Assembly: GCA_036490795.1 (NCBI GenBank) | Contig: DASXDG010000405.1 | Coordinates: 9,933 to 73,932, forward strand | From: Streptosporangiaceae bacterium | GTDB lineage: Bacteria > Actinomycetota > Actinomycetes > Streptosporangiales > Streptosporangiaceae | Direction: 5' to 3' | DNA length: 64,000 bases | Part shown: piece after piece, positions 49,473 to 58,815 of the stretch | Layout: every line of letters begins with the position of its first letter | How positions within the stretch are numbered: the first letter of the stretch is position 1 | The notes under the pieces: model-generated | What the model was told of the DNA's origin: nothing | Databases searched by the model: none | What the model saw: only the letters and a program-made list of their open reading frames with translations | Made by a program: the position numbers and the translations under genes

Positions 49473-52400
49473 CCCTGTTCCGCGGCGCGAAGTTCGGCGG
49501 CCGGGTCGGGCCGGCGGGTGGCGGCGAGCGCGGCGGCCGCCGCGGGCAGCACCGCCACGACGAGCGCGAACGCGATGGCCCGCGGCAGGTCATCGACTGT
49601 GACGGCGGGCGGCGTCGGCAGTTGTGCCGCCGGGGTGAGCGTGACGGCGGGCACGAGCAGGCGGGCGACAAGCGTGCCGAGCAGCACGCCAAGAACGGCC
49701 GATGGCAGGCTGAGCAGAAGTTTCTCCAGGCACAGCTGCACTGCTGCCTTGCGTCGCGTCACGCCGAGCGCTGACAGGAGCGCGGTCTCGGCGCGGCGGC
49801 GGCGCACGTCAGCCGCGATCGACACCCAGAATCCCATGATGGCCAGCAGCGCCGCGGCCGCGGCCATGGCGAGCAGCGCCTGCTGTGGCGCGGCGGACAG
49901 CGTGTCACTCGCGGCGGCCGTGGTCAGCGCCGCAGCGCTGATGATGTCCGTGCCGGCGGGAACTGTGGCTGGCAAGGACGGCGGCATGCCTGCGCCGGCC
50001 GTGGCCAGCCACCACTGCGTGACTGGCAGCGAGGGGAATGACCGGCGGGCGAGGTACTCCTGCACGCTGCCGAGATCAGTGATGAGCGCGCCGCCTGGCG
50101 CCGTGACGGCCGGGAACGAGGTCACCTCGGCCACGATCCGCAGCGGGACTTGGACCCCGGCCACGAACGCGGGCACGACGGCGCCGATCGCCATGCTGTT
50201 CGTGTCCATGAATGCCTTCGTCGCGATGGCCGGGATCGCCGCTACCGAGGAAGCCCTGGGCAACAGCACCAGTTGCCCGGCGATCGACGTTGACGCTCCC
50301 GGTCCTGCGCTGCCCGCCGGGAGTGCCGGCGCGTCGCCCGGGATAAACGTGAACGTCGCTGCCCGGCTCGTGATGTGCGTTGGTCCGTCGCTCGGCGGCA
50401 TGACTAGGCCGGCCGGGCGGGCGGAGGATCCGGGCGAGGTTGCCAGCTGAGTCCAGCCGGCCAGCGGCAGGCCGCTCAGGGTGAGGGTGAGTGCGGGGCC
50501 GGCGCTCACCGGCAGCGGGAACGTGGCCGTGATCGCGGCCACGCGCAACGGGTAGGCTGCCCGCTCGCCGCCGAGCGGAGCGACAAGCAGGTGGGGCCGG
50601 CCGTCCGCGGCCAGCGTCCCGGCGGTGATCTGGTACGCGGCGCCCGTCCCGTCGAGCACGGTCAGGGTCAAGGCGAGCGGCCCGATGGCCGGCCCCGTGT
50701 GCACCGGCGCCGGACCGAGCGTGGCGGTGAGCCGGATCGCGCCGGCCCGCGTACCCGGCTGAGGCGCCGGCAGCACGGCCCCCGGCAGGCCACCGGCTGG
50801 GGTGATGGTGCGGAACAGGCCGTCGGCCGGCAGCGGAGACTCATCGCCGCGCAGCCGGACGACCTGGGATGCCTGGGCCGCGCCGACCGCGATCACCTCG
50901 CCGGGACTCGCCTGGTACTCGGCCGCCACCGCCATCGCGTGCGTCACGCCCCTCGCGGCGGTGATGGCGCCCGTACCGCCCGGATCGAGAGGCACGGTCA
51001 GGTCGACCTGGACATCGCCTCCGGTAGCGAAGGCCGCCTGGTCAGACGCCGATTTGAGCCAGCTCGCGTGCTGCGCGAGGGTGAGCGTCCCGGTAGCGAC
51101 CGCCATGGTAAGCAGCAGCGCCGTGCCACCTTGACGGACCGGCATCCTGGCGAGCTGCCAGGAGGCCAGCGAGGCCGTGAGCCTGCTGCCCCGGGCGGCC
51201 AGCCAGTCCGCCGACCGGGCGGCCAGGGGAAGCAAGCGCAGCGTGGCGACGCTTCCCGCGGCCAGCGCGAGCGCGGGTGCCAGCGCGAGCACCGGATCGA
51301 TCCCCGCCGTCCCGCCATCGCTTGCCGCCGAGTAGTGGCGGAGTTGCCAGCCGGCCAGCACCGCGAGCACCACGAGGGCGATGTCCAGGCCGGCCCGTGC
51401 CACCCCCGCCACCATGGCCTGCCTGCCACGCCGGGTCCGATCGGCGGCTGAACTGAGAGTGAACGCGGGAGCGAGCAGCGAGGCCGCGGCCACGACCGTG
51501 ACGGCGATCGCGGCCTCGAGTGCGTTGGGCCAGATTCCCGCCTGGCTGGCGAGCTGGATGCCGGCCCTGCCCAGCGGCCCGGCGGTCACCAGCAGGCTGA
51601 CGAGCCCGATCCCCGCGACCGCGCCGACGACGGACACCAGCGCTGACAACGGGATCACCTCGGCCGCGCTGAGCCAGATCAGCTGGGATCTGGTCGCGCC
51701 GCGCCCGACCAGCAACGCGGTCTCTCCCTCTCGCTGGGTCGCCAGTAGCCGCGCCACCGCGAGCAGCGCCGCGATGGCGAGGACGAGGAGTTCCAGGGCG
51801 CTGATCACCACGACCGACCGGGCGACGGCGAGGCCGCTGGCCGCCTGGACGAGCACGGACGGCAGGCTCGTGACCAGCTGAGCACCGTTCAGGACGGTCG
51901 ACTTCGGCAGTGACTGGGTGAGGGCGGTGACGTCCGCCGACATCGGGTGAAGGTCCCCCTCCTGGAACGCCGCCAGGTCAGGCTGAGCCACCCAGGACGC
52001 GCTGAGCATCGTGAGTAGCGGCCCGAAAGCCGCCTGGCTCACGACGAGGGGACCATAGGTGGTGGATCCGGAGCTGGCCGACCTGCCACTGGCCGGGAAG
52101 TAGCTGAGCTTCCAGTACGAATCCGCCGGGCCGCCTCCTTGACGCTGCGCGAAGACGCCGGTGATATCGAAGCTCACCAGCGCGTTCGTGATCCGGTCGC
52201 GTAGCCGCAGCACGTCGCCTGGTGAGATGTGAAGCAATGCCGCCGCCGAGGCGGGCAAGGCGGCGGGGATAGCCTGCCGCCCGCCGCTCGCTGAGTCAGC
52301 CGGCCACTGACCGGCGACGAGCGAAGCGTGGCTGGCGATCCCGCTCATCGAGGCTGCCTGGAGCAGCGCCGTGTTGCCCGGGCCGGCGCTCGCCGGAGGC

Positions 52401-52870
52401 GCGGGAAGTGCCCCGGGGACGAGCCCCAGCGGATCCGACCAGAGTGCGTCGTAGAAGCTGAACGGGATGCCTGGCATTGCCGTGGCTATCCGCGACCGCA
52501 GCACCCCGCTGGCCGTGGCCGCCTGGCTAGGTTCGCCCTCCAACGAGGTGATCGACAGTGCGGTGCCCGGCGTCATGGCGAGATCGTGCTGGACCACCCG
52601 AGGCAGTACCTGGCCCGTGAAGACCGTCAGCGCCGAGGCCACGGTGGCCGCGACCAGGGTCGTCAGCGCGGCAGCCGCGAGCACCGCCCAGTGCGCGGTC
52701 ATCCGGTGCACCGCCAGCGGACCGCGGGGGCTGATCACGAGATCAGCATTGCGTAGAACATCCGGAATGTTCAAGCAGTGGCGAAATGTAACGCCCTTAC
52801 ATTCGGAGAATGACGCCGATGAGCTCGGCATCGGCACACGGCGGCGGGAAAGAACGGCAAACCGGAGCAC
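49469..52870 (-). CDS. FtsX-like ABC-type permease, second giant paralogue
   Basis: The 1133-aa ORF has the same architecture and its stop overlaps the downstream paralogue's start. The start is uncertain (tracked GTG 52870; an alternative GTG is near 52738). Confidence 0.65.
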   Translation of the reverse strand: MLRFAVLSRRRVPMPSSSASFSECKGVTFRHCLNIPDVLRNADLVISPRGPLAVHRMTAHWAVLAAAALTTLVAATVASALTVFTGQVLPRVVQHDLAMTPGTALSITSLEGEPSQAATASGVLRSRIATAMPGIPFSFYDALWSDPLGLVPGALPAPPASAGPGNTALLQAASMSGIASHASLVAGQWPADSASGGRQAIPAALPASAAALLHISPGDVLRLRDRITNALVSFDITGVFAQRQGGGPADSYWKLSYFPASGRSASSGSTTYGPLVVSQAAFGPLLTMLSASWVAQPDLAAFQEGDLHPMSADVTALTQSLPKSTVLNGAQLVTSLPSVLVQAASGLAVARSVVVISALELLVLAIAALLAVARLLATQREGETALLVGRGATRSQLIWLSAAEVIPLSALVSVVGAVAGIGLVSLLVTAGPLGRAGIQLASQAGIWPNALEAAIAVTVVAAASLLAPAFTLSSAADRTRRGRQAMVAGVARAGLDIALVVLAVLAGWQLRHYSAASDGGTAGIDPVLALAPALALAAGSVATLRLLPLAARSADWLAARGSRLTASLASWQLARMPVRQGGTALLLTMAVATGTLTLAQHASWLKSASDQAAFATGGDVQVDLTVPLDPGGTGAITAARGVTHAMAVAAEYQASPGEVIAVGAAQASQVVRLRGDESPLPADGLFRTITPAGGLPGAVLPAPQPGTRAGAIRLTATLGPAPVHTGPAIGPLALTLTVLDGTGAAYQITAGTLAADGRPHLLVAPLGGERAAYPLRVAAITATFPLPVSAGPALTLTLSGLPLAGWTQLATSPGSSARPAGLVMPPSDGPTHITSRAATFTFIPGDAPALPAGSAGPGASTSIAGQLVLLPRASSVAAIPAIATKAFMDTNSMAIGAVVPAFVAGVQVPLRIVAEVTSFPAVTAPGGALITDLGSVQEYLARRSFPSLPVTQWWLATAGAGMPPSLPATVPAGTDIISAAALTTAAASDTLSAAPQQALLAMAAAAALLAIMGFWVSIAADVRRRRAETALLSALGVTRRKAAVQLCLEKLLLSLPSAVLGVLLGTLVARLLVPAVTLTPAAQLPTPPAVTVDDLPRAIAFALVVAVLPAAAAALAATRRPDPAAELRAAEQG

Positions 52871-53605
52871 AGGTTCTCCGGCGGCGAACGGAGGCTAGGC
52901 TGGTCCACTAACAGCTCGTCACCGGCCGAGGGCAGCGGGCTGCCCGCTCGTCAGCCCGCGGAGCTTCCTAGCCAGTAACGGCTGCATCCTGCTTCGTTCT
53001 TTTCAATCAGAACTGACGGTGGTTCTTTACGGCATTTACCCGGGGGCCGGTACTCACCAAAATGCCCATCCCGAGGCACGCATTCCTGTAGTGATCGCGC
53101 CGCGATAGCGCTCATGCTGGCCTCGGGGTCGCGCGGCGGGGCGGTCGAGGCCCGATCGATCACCCTCGGCTCGGGATCCTGCAAGCGGCGGAGCTGGGGG
53201 ACGCGGCGACGCCGCGTTCGAACAGGGCATCCAGATCCGGGTGTGGCCGAGCGCGATCAGCCTTTCCACGCTGTGCTTTTGTGGCATCTGAATGAGGCCG
53301 GTAACAGCTGCGTGAGTAGTGACATAGGGATGCATAAGCTAAAGCCGGGTTAATTGCCTCTAAACGGCCACTAGCCATCCGGCGGAATCGATGTTATATA
53401 TGTTCTGCCGCGAAGAAGTTGCTCGCTTTCACCGAATCCCGGAACGGGATGCCTTTTATCGGCAGATGGACGTCTCATATGCTCCGCATGGCTTGGCGAC
53501 CACTGCCGCGTCGCTACTTACCGTTATAGGCATAAGTAGTCCGGTGACGCGTCGCATCGGCACCTCGACGACATCCGGGCAGTCCTCAAGAAAGAGCTAA
53601 CGCCC

Positions 53606-54196
53606 ATGACCAGTCCAATCTCCGACCCCGGAAGTCCCCGACCCTTGCGCCGTAAGCCACTAAGGCGAACCAAGGTAACGACGACCATCATGACGCTCGC
53701 CGCCGCGGGACTGCTCGCAGCCTTGGCTTTCACAGCCGGCTCGTCGACGGGCGTCGCGAGAGCCGCCACCCTCGTCGCCCCGGTTACCCTAGTGAACAGC
53801 TTCTCCGGCGAGACCGCGATTCCCCCCACCGTTCTCGCGTGGCAATGGATATCGGGGATGGACTCCGAGAACTTCTCCGACCCCTCGTCCCGGGGCGTGA
53901 TTACCGGGTCCGTAGTTCTGGGAAGCACTAACGGCGCGGCAGTCAGCGGTCGGCTCGGCGTCTGCTACAAGTCCGCCAGCGGCGCGATCACGAACACGAA
54001 CTGGGAGATTATCAACTTCACCGCGCCCGCCGGCCAATGGGTCACCCAGACCGTCAGCGGCACGGCGGTTCCTGGCGCCGTCGGCGTCTACACGGTCGGG
54101 CTCTGCGCCTACGACACGTCCGCTAACCTCGCCTACAGCGCTGCCTTCGGCGCTGGAGCGGGCACCGTGATCGTCGCAATAGACTCTGGCCCATAG
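53606..54196 (+). CDS. Secreted hypothetical protein
   Basis: A basic N-region is followed by a hydrophobic helix and the cleavage-like site TAGSSTGVARA-AT, then a Ser/Thr/Gly-rich beta-type sequence. I recognise no family. Confidence 0.55.
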   Translation: MTSPISDPGSPRPLRRKPLRRTKVTTTIMTLAAAGLLAALAFTAGSSTGVARAATLVAPVTLVNSFSGETAIPPTVLAWQWISGMDSENFSDPSSRGVITGSVVLGSTNGAAVSGRLGVCYKSASGAITNTNWEIINFTAPAGQWVTQTVSGTAVPGAVGVYTVGLCAYDTSANLAYSAAFGAGAGTVIVAIDSGP

Positions 54197-54263
54197 CGTC
54201 TTAACGCCAGCCCGGTTCTGAGGCCAGTGCTCCGGCAAACCGATGACGGCCACAATGGCGCGT

Positions 54264-54292
54264 CCGCTTCCAGCTGGAAAGGCTGGAAGCGG
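54264..54292 (+). terminator. Stem-loop, probable terminator of the secreted-protein gene
   Basis: A perfect 11-bp stem pairs CCGCTTCCAGC with GCTGGAAGCGG around the 7-nt loop TGGAAAG, 68 nt after the stop codon. There is no U-tract. Confidence 0.45.
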
Positions 54293-54457
54293 ATGTGCAC
54301 ATAGTGCGCCAGCCATCCTGCCCTCGGCCGCGCATCGGTCACGGTACGGGCGCGCTCACGAATTGAACCCATGCCGCAAGAATCACGTCCGGTCACTGGC
54401 TTCCCATCCGCACCGCTTAGCTGAACTGCTCAGTGATTATCGCGGCAATTAAATTCA

Positions 54458-54518
54458 ACGCGGAGAGAACTGTTGCTGACAGCATGGTTTTTTACCGTGC
54501 AGGACCTTTTTACCGCGT
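54458..54518 (+). repeat. Conserved intergenic element, copy C (partial)
   Basis: CGCGGAGAGAACTGTTGCTGACAGCATGGTTTTTTACCGTGCAGGACCTTTTTACCGCG shares the GTTGCT(C/G)ACAGCATGGTTTTTTACCGTGC core with copy A. It lies between convergent genes. Confidence 0.6.
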
Positions 54519-54646
54519 GAAATGGCGGCACCGGCTTCCGCCTCGCCGGACCGCCACGTGACACGTGCCGCATCAGGCTCGGCCGCGGCCCGCCGGAACG
54601 TCGCCCTCGATGTCAGCCGCCGCGGCCTGCTGTTGTCGCGCAACAC

Positions 54647-56080
54647 CTATGCTTCGTCGGTGACTTCGCGTCCGGCGAAGGCGACCAGGCCGGTGCTGCG
54701 CCGCCTTGTCCACCAGGTAAACGCGACACCGATGCCGAGGAGTACGGCGATGATCTGATCGATGCCGTGACCGATGCCGATCGGACCGTAGAAGAAGAAC
54801 GCGACGAGCAGGGCGCCCAAGATCAACGTGGAGAGGGCAGACCCGGCGAGCAGCAGCCGGTGCGCGGCTGGCCGCAGGCGCTGAACGCCAGGGATCTTGC
54901 GGTGGCCGACGCTAAGAAACACCACGGCTGTCACGGAGTCGAGGAAGAACTCCGCGATCAGGAAGAACCCCGCGGCGGAGAGCACCAGGCTGAAGAAGGC
55001 CGCGAGCGAGGACACGAACAGCTGGAACGCGACGACCAGCGCGGCGGCTCCGAAAACGGCGATGGTGGCCACGTGCGGCACCCGCTGACGGTTCAGCTTG
55101 GCGAAGGCCGGCGAGATCAGGTTCTCGCGTCCCATCGCGTACATGGCGCGGATAAGGGTGTAGGCCACCAGCCACATCGCGCCCGCGCTCGAGCACAAGA
55201 TGGGCACGAGCATGAGCCAGGGCGCCCCCGGAACCAGGCGCTGTGACCATACGGCTAGCGGATCCACCGCGTTGGCGAGATGACCGATCGGGGTCTCGAG
55301 CAGCATCAGCGGGTACAGGATCGCGTAGAACAGCAGGGCTCCGAACACCCCGATGATGCCGCCCTTGCCGGGATCGGACCGCGGCCGCCGGCACTCCTCG
55401 GCGGCGTAACTATCGACCTCCCAGCCGTCCAGGATGGTCGCGGCGATGACCGCTACGACCAGGATTCCGCCGATCGGCGGTGCGCCGAAGTGAACTGGCG
55501 TCGACAGGTGCGGCATCTCGATCAGCCCGACCACGGTGAAGCTGGTCAGAGCCAGCACCTCGAAGGCGAAGAAGGCCTGGGTGACCCGCGCCATCGGCCG
55601 GGCGCCGAGCAACAGCGGTACGGCGGCGAAGACGATCCAGAACAGCGCGAGGCCGAGTTGGACGATGGGCGGGGCGTCGTAGTGCGGGGCGATCAGGGCC
55701 AGCGTGTAGGCGCTGGCGGGGATCGCGATCGGGGGGATGGAGAAGAAGTAGGCCAGGATCAGGATCCACGCCTGGTACCGGCCGGCCGTGCGGCTGACGA
55801 TACGCGCCGACCAGTGGTAGGACGCACCTGCGTGCGGGAAGAGCCGGTTGAGCATGCGGAAGATGAAGGCCGAGATGACAAACGGCACGGCTAGCAGGGC
55901 GATGGCGGGCAGCGACCACCATCCGGCGTCCGCCGCCATCACTCCCCCGGTGGCCGCCACGGAGAACAGCGGGCCCACGCTCGACACCGACAACGGCACA
56001 AGGTCGCGCATGCGGAGGGTCTGGTGCAGGCGTCTGGTTTCAGGGACGAGCTTGTCGGCAGTGATGGCCATGGATCGCAA
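54647..56080 (-). CDS. APC-superfamily amino acid/polyamine permease
   Basis: The 477-aa product has about 12 TM segments and a typical APC N-terminal region (LVPLSVSSVGPLFSVAATGG). Confidence 0.7.
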   Translation of the reverse strand: MRSMAITADKLVPETRRLHQTLRMRDLVPLSVSSVGPLFSVAATGGVMAADAGWWSLPAIALLAVPFVISAFIFRMLNRLFPHAGASYHWSARIVSRTAGRYQAWILILAYFFSIPPIAIPASAYTLALIAPHYDAPPIVQLGLALFWIVFAAVPLLLGARPMARVTQAFFAFEVLALTSFTVVGLIEMPHLSTPVHFGAPPIGGILVVAVIAATILDGWEVDSYAAEECRRPRSDPGKGGIIGVFGALLFYAILYPLMLLETPIGHLANAVDPLAVWSQRLVPGAPWLMLVPILCSSAGAMWLVAYTLIRAMYAMGRENLISPAFAKLNRQRVPHVATIAVFGAAALVVAFQLFVSSLAAFFSLVLSAAGFFLIAEFFLDSVTAVVFLSVGHRKIPGVQRLRPAAHRLLLAGSALSTLILGALLVAFFFYGPIGIGHGIDQIIAVLLGIGVAFTWWTRRRSTGLVAFAGREVTDEA

Positions 56081-56186
56081 TCTCCTTGAACGGTAAATAC
56101 TTGCCAGGGCGCGATGACGTGGGAGAGGGCGCGGGAAAGATGGCCAGGCACTCCAGCCCGCGCGACAACTAAGGAAACGGTGAAGC

Positions 56187-57140
56187 TCAGTTCGTCCAGG
56201 CCCGGAGCTTTTCCGGGTTCACCACTGCCCAGATGCGCTTGATCCGGTCGCCTGCGAAGCCGAATGCGAGCACCCCGACGGTGACACCACGCTGCCGCAG
56301 GATCAGGCCCGGCTGGCCGTTGACCGTACGCTCGAGGGTGGTCACACGAGGTTCCCTTGAGGCGGTACCGATGAGGACGACGCGCGCGACCTGCTCGGCA
56401 CCTTCGATCGGACGCTGCCTCGCGCGGACGAGGCCGCCGGTGTCGGCGGTCGCCGTGGCATCGGGGTCGAGGAGGCCGATGAGGGCGTCGATGTCCTTGG
56501 CATCCCACGCCCGCTTGAAGTCCCTGACCACCTGGGCATGCTGGGCATGCTGGGCATGCTGGGCAGCCGAGGCCACGGGGAGCTGGGTGCCGCGGATCCG
56601 GCGGCGGGCCGAGGTGGCCAGCTGCCGGCAGGCCACCGGGGAGCGGCCGGTGATCTCGGCCACTTCGGCAAAGGCGTAGCGGAAGACGTCGTGCAGGATG
56701 AGCGCTACGCGCTCGGCCGGTGTCATCGACTCCAGCACGACCAGGAACGCCATGCTGACCGACTCATCGAGGGTGACCCGGTCGGCCGGGTCAGCCATCG
56801 TGCCGCCCGGCTGCCCGCCGATCCACTCGGTGTGATCGGGCACCGGTTCGGGAATCCATTCGCCCACGTAGCGTTCTCGCCGTGCCCGTGCCGAGCCGAG
56901 CATGTCAAAGCAGATGCGGCTGGCGACCTTCGTCAGCCAGCCGCTGCAGGATTCGATGGCGTCCTGCTGCTCCGGTGACATCGCGTACCAGCGAGCGTAG
57001 GTCTCCTGCACGGCGTCCTCGGCTTCGGCCAGGGAGCCCAGCAGCCGGTACGTCAGATTGATCAGCTGACGCCGCTCGCTCATGATCGCGCTCAGGCCCG
57101 TATCGGGCTGGCCGTCTCCCGGCCCCGGCTGCGTGCTCAT
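56187..57140 (-). CDS. ECF-type sigma-70 factor with C-terminal SnoaL-like extension (SigJ/ECF41-like)
   Basis: Region 2 (AEDAVQETYARWY), region 4 (ILHDVFRYAFAEVAEITGRSPVACRQLATSARRRI) and a ~100-aa NTF2-like tail are present. It contains a 9-nt x3 repeat (56534-56560) encoding (AQH)3. Confidence 0.75.
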   Translation of the reverse strand: MSTQPGPGDGQPDTGLSAIMSERRQLINLTYRLLGSLAEAEDAVQETYARWYAMSPEQQDAIESCSGWLTKVASRICFDMLGSARARRERYVGEWIPEPVPDHTEWIGGQPGGTMADPADRVTLDESVSMAFLVVLESMTPAERVALILHDVFRYAFAEVAEITGRSPVACRQLATSARRRIRGTQLPVASAAQHAQHAQHAQVVRDFKRAWDAKDIDALIGLLDPDATATADTGGLVRARQRPIEGAEQVARVVLIGTASREPRVTTLERTVNGQPGLILRQRGVTVGVLAFGFAGDRIKRIWAVVNPEKLRAWTN

Positions 57141-57243
57141 GGTGTCGCCGACTCCCTCGCCTCACATTTCGACGGATTGTGTCGTCTTAATAAGCATGAG
57201 CGTTTTCCCGGCAGGAGGGCAGTGCGCTCCACATTATTACGTC

Positions 57244-57936
57244 CTAGGTGTGAGTGCGATTACGGGCGCGGAGCCGCGCATCGGGACCGGCCACGATGAC
57301 GCCCCGCGCGCTGGCGTGATGGTCCTGGCCGCAGGCGCGGCCTGCCTTGAGCGCCACCGCGGTGTCGACGACGCGCTGGGCCTGGCAGCGGGCCGCCTCC
57401 AGGACCACCCTGGGGAGCAGGTCATCGCCAGCCGCGTGGGAGGTGCCGTGGGGATCGCCCCTCTGGAACTGGATGGGGTCGGTGTACCCGGGAGGCACGA
57501 TGATGCCGCCCCAGTGGTAGAAGACATTCCCCAATGCCGCGATGGTGGACTCCTGACCGCCGTGGGAGGTGCCGCTGGCGGTGAAAGCCGAGTACACCTT
57601 GTCGGCGAGTTCACCCCGCCGCCACAGCACGCCGAGGGAGTCGATGAACGCCTTGAGCTGGCTGGACGGGTTGCCGAAGCGGGTGGGGGTGCCGCATAGC
57701 ACGGCGTCGGCCCAGATCATGTCCTCGGAGCTGACCTCGGCGACGTCGGCGGTGTCCTTGAGATGCTGACGCCAAGCCGGAATGGCGTTGATTGTCTCTG
57801 CCGGAACCAGTTCGGCGACCTTACGCAGGCGCACGTGCGCGCCCGCCATCTCCGCGCCCTCCGCGACGGCGCACGCAAGGGCGTGCACCGTGCCGGTGGC
57901 GCTGTAGTAGATGATCGCGACGTTCACGGATTTCAC
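57244..57936 (-). CDS. wrbA: NAD(P)H:quinone oxidoreductase, WrbA type (flavodoxin-like)
   Basis: IIYYSATGTVHALACAVAEGA and GTPTRFGNPSSQLKAFIDSLG..W align with E. coli WrbA as I recall it. Confidence 0.75.
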   Translation of the reverse strand: MKSVNVAIIYYSATGTVHALACAVAEGAEMAGAHVRLRKVAELVPAETINAIPAWRQHLKDTADVAEVSSEDMIWADAVLCGTPTRFGNPSSQLKAFIDSLGVLWRRGELADKVYSAFTASGTSHGGQESTIAALGNVFYHWGGIIVPPGYTDPIQFQRGDPHGTSHAAGDDLLPRVVLEAARCQAQRVVDTAVALKAGRACGQDHHASARGVIVAGPDARLRARNRTHT

Positions 57937-58056
57937 GATCGGCTTCCTCTCTTCGCAGGTTGGCCGTGGTCATGGACTGAACCGAGACCGGCGCGGGACC
58001 AAGCGGTCAGGCGAAGCGGCCGGCCTGCCCAGGGAGACGGTCACCGCGGCCCCGTC

Positions 58057-58809
58057 TCAACGGTCATCGCCGAACTCCGCGAGCACGCCGTTCCACAGCC
58101 CGGCACGGGCCCGGACCGCCTGCACGCTGACCGCTTCGGCCGCTGCCTCGCGGACCGGGTCGCCGTCGCACAGCGACGCGAGCAGGCGCAGCGCCAGCGG
58201 GCCGTGCTCGTTGTGGTCCAAGGTGATGTGACGGTCTAGGTAGTACCGGAACACCGGCGCGTCCGCGAGCACGCCCGCCGCGTTGGCGCGAACCGCGGAG
58301 AACACGTCAGGCAGCAGGTTTTCCCGGCCGTGGCAGAACGAAGCGGCCACCTCATGCGGCGCGCCGGTCAAGGCCACGTCGAGGGTGCAGCCGACGAACT
58401 CCCTGACGCTCACCGGGAGGTTCGTTTCCTTAAGTGCCCGCATCGGGGCGAGTCCGCTATCGAGTGCGGCGAGGAACCGGTCGATCGGACCGGTATCGGC
58501 CCCGAGTTCATCCATGGCGCGCCGGTACAGCTCGAAATGGCTGATGTATCCCCCGCCGACGTCCTCGTCGGTTTCCTCGGCGAGCACGATCTCCAGGATG
58601 AACCGGCCGTGGTCGGCGCGTCCCCGCGGCTGCCAGGGCAAGGTGACCGTGGTCACCTCAGCCTGCAGGCGCTTGAGCAACGTGAAGAAATCCCACACGG
58701 CGAACACGTGGTGTTTCATGAAGATCCGCAGCCGGTCCTGCGTGGTTATCTGCGAGTAGAGGGGGTGGCCGACCAGTTCGGCACGTGCCGTATCGAATTC
58801 AGGAAGCAT
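58057..58809 (-). CDS. DUF3050-family (haem-oxygenase-like fold) protein
   Basis: HPLYSQI...RIFMKHHVFAVWDFFTLLKRLQ...LPWQP...ILEIVLAEETDE...SHFELYRRAM matches the DUF3050 pattern as I recall it. Confidence 0.6.
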   Translation of the reverse strand: MLPEFDTARAELVGHPLYSQITTQDRLRIFMKHHVFAVWDFFTLLKRLQAEVTTVTLPWQPRGRADHGRFILEIVLAEETDEDVGGGYISHFELYRRAMDELGADTGPIDRFLAALDSGLAPMRALKETNLPVSVREFVGCTLDVALTGAPHEVAASFCHGRENLLPDVFSAVRANAAGVLADAPVFRYYLDRHITLDHNEHGPLALRLLASLCDGDPVREAAAEAVSVQAVRARAGLWNGVLAEFGDDR

Positions 58810-58815
58810 GGTCCC

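Noticed and set aside
53407-53435. CCGCGAAGAAGTTGCTCGCTTTCACCG upstream of the secreted-protein gene as a fifth copy of the conserved element.
   Set aside because: Only about 15 nt resemble the CGCGGAAGAAGT.GTTGCTC part and the strongly conserved ACAGCATGGTTTTTTAC core is missing, so this is too weak to call.
53391-53600. A 69-aa ORF in the AT-enriched spacer upstream of the secreted-protein gene.
   Set aside because: It has no ribosome-binding site, poor third-position G/C bias compared with real genes here, and no recognisable motif.
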